A stretch of DNA of 64,000 nt from an uncultured bacterium (GTDB lineage: Bacteria; Acidobacteriota; HRBIN11; JAKEFK01). Positions 61,871 through 64,000 of the stretch are shown here, in pieces. Numbering within the stretch: position 1 is the stretch's first letter; each line of letters starts with the position of its first letter. Under the pieces are notes generated by a model. That model saw only the letters and a list, made by a program, of their open reading frames with translations, had not been told where the DNA came from and ran no database searches. The stretch is taken from the NCBI GenBank assembly GCA_963777505.1, contig CAVZQN010000004.1:448001-512000 (forward strand). Direction: 5' to 3'. The position numbers and the translations under genes are program-made.

Positions 61871-62296
61871 ATGTTACGAGCAAATAAATTGCTCATTTCG
61901 TTTCTAACCATAGCCTTGGTTTCGTTTCTTGTTCTTGGATCCGGAACCCTTTTCGCAGGAGAAAAGAAAGAGGCAGCAAAGAACGATAAAAACACAAAAA
62001 GTGTCTCTGCCATGAAGGTTGGCAAAGATCCTGAAAAAACACTTCGACCTGTAACAAAGAAAGAAGACAAAGAGCTATCAGGGCGGTTAAATGAGACGCT
62101 TAAGAAATATCCGCCTCATGAAGTTCAAAAGCGCGGCGATGGGACACAGTCGAAAGTGGTCGCTCCACAGTTCTTAAATTTCAGCATTGCAACTGTTGGC
62201 AGCAATGGCAAGGTAACTCACACTTGTGTCAAAGGCGAGAAAAAACATATTGATCAGACACAAGCCCAAGTTCAATCACAGCCGGAGGAAAAGTAA
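61871..62296 (+). CDS. Small exported protein resembling 'post-PEP-CTERM-1' domain proteins
   Basis: Signal peptide; DP...LRP.T..E...L, DG...F...S.AT.G.NG.V...C pattern; TAATG overlap with the next gene. Confidence 0.6.
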   Translation: MLRANKLLISFLTIALVSFLVLGSGTLFAGEKKEAAKNDKNTKSVSAMKVGKDPEKTLRPVTKKEDKELSGRLNETLKKYPPHEVQKRGDGTQSKVVAPQFLNFSIATVGSNGKVTHTCVKGEKKHIDQTQAQVQSQPEEK

Positions 62297-64000
62297 TGAA
62301 AACAACAAAAAGTTTTCTTCTGGCACTTTTAATCGTTGCACCGTTTCTGCTTTCTCAATCTGCTTTCGCGGTTACGATTACATTAAATAACGTTGATGAT
62401 GCGAATCTGGGCTTCAATGATCCAACACCAGTCGCACCAGTTGGCGGCAATCCTGGAACTACACTCGGTCAACAGCGATTAAATGTTTTTCAAGAAGCTG
62501 CAGAGATCTGGGGAGCCGAACTTACAAGCAATGTGGATGTGATCGTTCAAGCCACGATGCAAGACCGCGGTTTCACTCCCTGTAATGCTACAGGTGCAGT
62601 TCTGGGTGCGGCAGGCACAATTCAAATTTTTGCGGAATTTCCAAATGCTGAATGGCCAAATACCTGGTACCATTCGGCTCTGTCAAACAAACTTGCCGAC
62701 GCGGATATTACACCTGGTCCGCCAGATCCCGGATTTCTAGTACCTCCCTTCAACGATGACATCATCGCGTTCTTCAATCCTAATATCGGACAACCGGGTT
62801 GTCTTGACGGCATTACCTGGTACCTCGGTTTAGACAATAATGCTCCTGCAGGAACAATCGACTTTCTGAATACTGTTTTGCATGAGTTTGGTCATGGCTT
62901 AGGATTCGCAAGCTTTATGGATGATGATGGTACGCTAGCGTCTGATCTACCTGATATTTATTCAGTTTTCACCAAAGACAAAACGCTAGGGAAACAATGG
63001 AATCAAATGACAAATTCACAACGTGGTGCATCGACCATCAATACAAATAATGTTGTATGGAATGGTCCAACTGTTGTTGCTGATGCTCCATTCATCCTTG
63101 AATTTCCAAGTAATTTAATCATCAGCGAACCACCCCCACTTGCGGGAGAAATTCCAATGGGTCTAGCATCTTTTGGTCCACCGGCAACTCCAGCAAATTT
63201 TTCAGGTGAAGTAGTACTTGCTGTGGATGGGACAGCTCCAGTCAATGATGGATGCGAACCGATTACTAATGATCTTACTGGCAAGGTTGCACTTATCGAT
63301 CGTGGATTTTGCACCTTTAATATTAAAGCTGCAAATGCACAGGCTGCAGGGGCAACTGCCGTGATCATTGCAAACACACTGGGACGTCCGGTGTTCAGTC
63401 CTGGTGGAACTGATCCAACAATTACAATTCCCGTAATCGGAATCTCTCAAGCCGATGGTGATGACATTAAAGCGAGTTTGCCAGGTGTGGAAGTTTTCCT
63501 GCAAACGGACTTCGCTCATCGTGCTGGAGCAGATGAAGACAATAACGTGTTATTGTATGCTCCAAATCCTGTTGAGCCAGGATCCTCTACTTCTCACTTT
63601 GATGTTTCAGCAGTTCCAAATCTCTTAATGGAACCAGCAATAAGCGGTGATTTGGAAGGAGCAACAACATTGGATTTAACAACATCAGAAATGACTGACA
63701 TAGGCTGGTCCGATGGACCACACTGTCCCGTCGATTCTGATCAGAGTCCAACGGTTCTAATCGATGGTTGTGATTCCTTAGTTGCCAACGACTTCGGTCC
63801 TTTTGTCGTTTTCCCAAAACCACGAAGAGGAGCGAACCAGGGTAATGTAGCTGGCGGCTGCACAATTGCAGATGTATTGCATACTTGTGTTGCACCGGCG
63901 ACTGGTTCCACTGAAGCTTGTATCAACAGGGTAACCAGGGCTCTTGTACAGGCCGAAATCATCACGAATGATGAGCGGAAAGATATAAAAGAATGTCTTA
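62296..64000 (+). CDS. Secreted zinc metallopeptidase with PA domain (runs off the window; absent from the ORF track)
   Basis: Manual translation: MKTTKSFLLALL...GFNDPTPVAPVGGNPGTTLGQQRL, VLHEFGHGLGF (~62875-62907), ALIDRGFCTF..KA.NAQAAGA (PA domain). Confidence 0.88.
   Translation, partial: MKTTKSFLLALLIVAPFLLSQSAFAVTITLNNVDDANLGFNDPTPVAPVGGNPGTTLGQQRLNVFQEAAEIWGAELTSNVDVIVQATMQDRGFTPCNATGAVLGAAGTIQIFAEFPNAEWPNTWYHSALSNKLADADITPGPPDPGFLVPPFNDDIIAFFNPNIGQPGCLDGITWYLGLDNNAPAGTIDFLNTVLHEFGHGLGFASFMDDDGTLASDLPDIYSVFTKDKTLGKQWNQMTNSQRGASTINTNNVVWNGPTVVADAPFILEFPSNLIISEPPPLAGEIPMGLASFGPPATPANFSGEVVLAVDGTAPVNDGCEPITNDLTGKVALIDRGFCTFNIKAANAQAAGATAVIIANTLGRPVFSPGGTDPTITIPVIGISQADGDDIKASLPGVEVFLQTDFAHRAGADEDNNVLLYAPNPVEPGSSTSHFDVSAVPNLLMEPAISGDLEGATTLDLTTSEMTDIGWSDGPHCPVDSDQSPTVLIDGCDSLVANDFGPFVVFPKPRRGANQGNVAGGCTIADVLHTCVAPATGSTEACINRVTRALVQAEIITNDERKDIKECL

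Noticed and set aside
62479-63965. Short minus-strand ORFs at the right end
   Set aside because: Shadows of the plus-strand metallopeptidase gene that runs off the window

Overview
Bacterial chromosomal window of moderate GC (about 44% by eye) from a diderm organism. The gene repertoire (Hanks kinase-TPR pairs, CHAT-TPR, BlaI/M56, PQQ-propeller proteins) suggests Acidobacteriota or a similar lineage; this is inference. About 45 genes are present, and I saw no rRNA, tRNA, CRISPR array, integrase or transposase. Recognisable genes include ackA, nrfHA, relA/spoT, proline dehydrogenase, beta-carbonic anhydrase, MscS, a PlpD-like patatin-Omp85, PP2C and a B12 radical SAM. Seven single-base frameshifts split six otherwise intact genes and look like sequencing errors. 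Most notable: (i) a secreted protein with a full set of kinase-like motifs encoded directly behind a POTRA-less Omp85 barrel, near an NTT/TLC nucleotide transporter, a candidate extracytoplasmic phosphorylation system; (ii) a ~13.5-kb island of uncharacterised envelope genes bounded by a duplicated ~100-120 bp intergenic segment, with no integrase; (iii) a 17-bp motif TWAGACYAAAGTCCWAT in three promoter regions; (iv) two tandem PQQ-propeller/esterase fusions that both lack the catalytic Ser and His; (v) an NrfA with CXXCH in place of CXXCK; (vi) a high-GC MOSC gene inserted cleanly into an operon.
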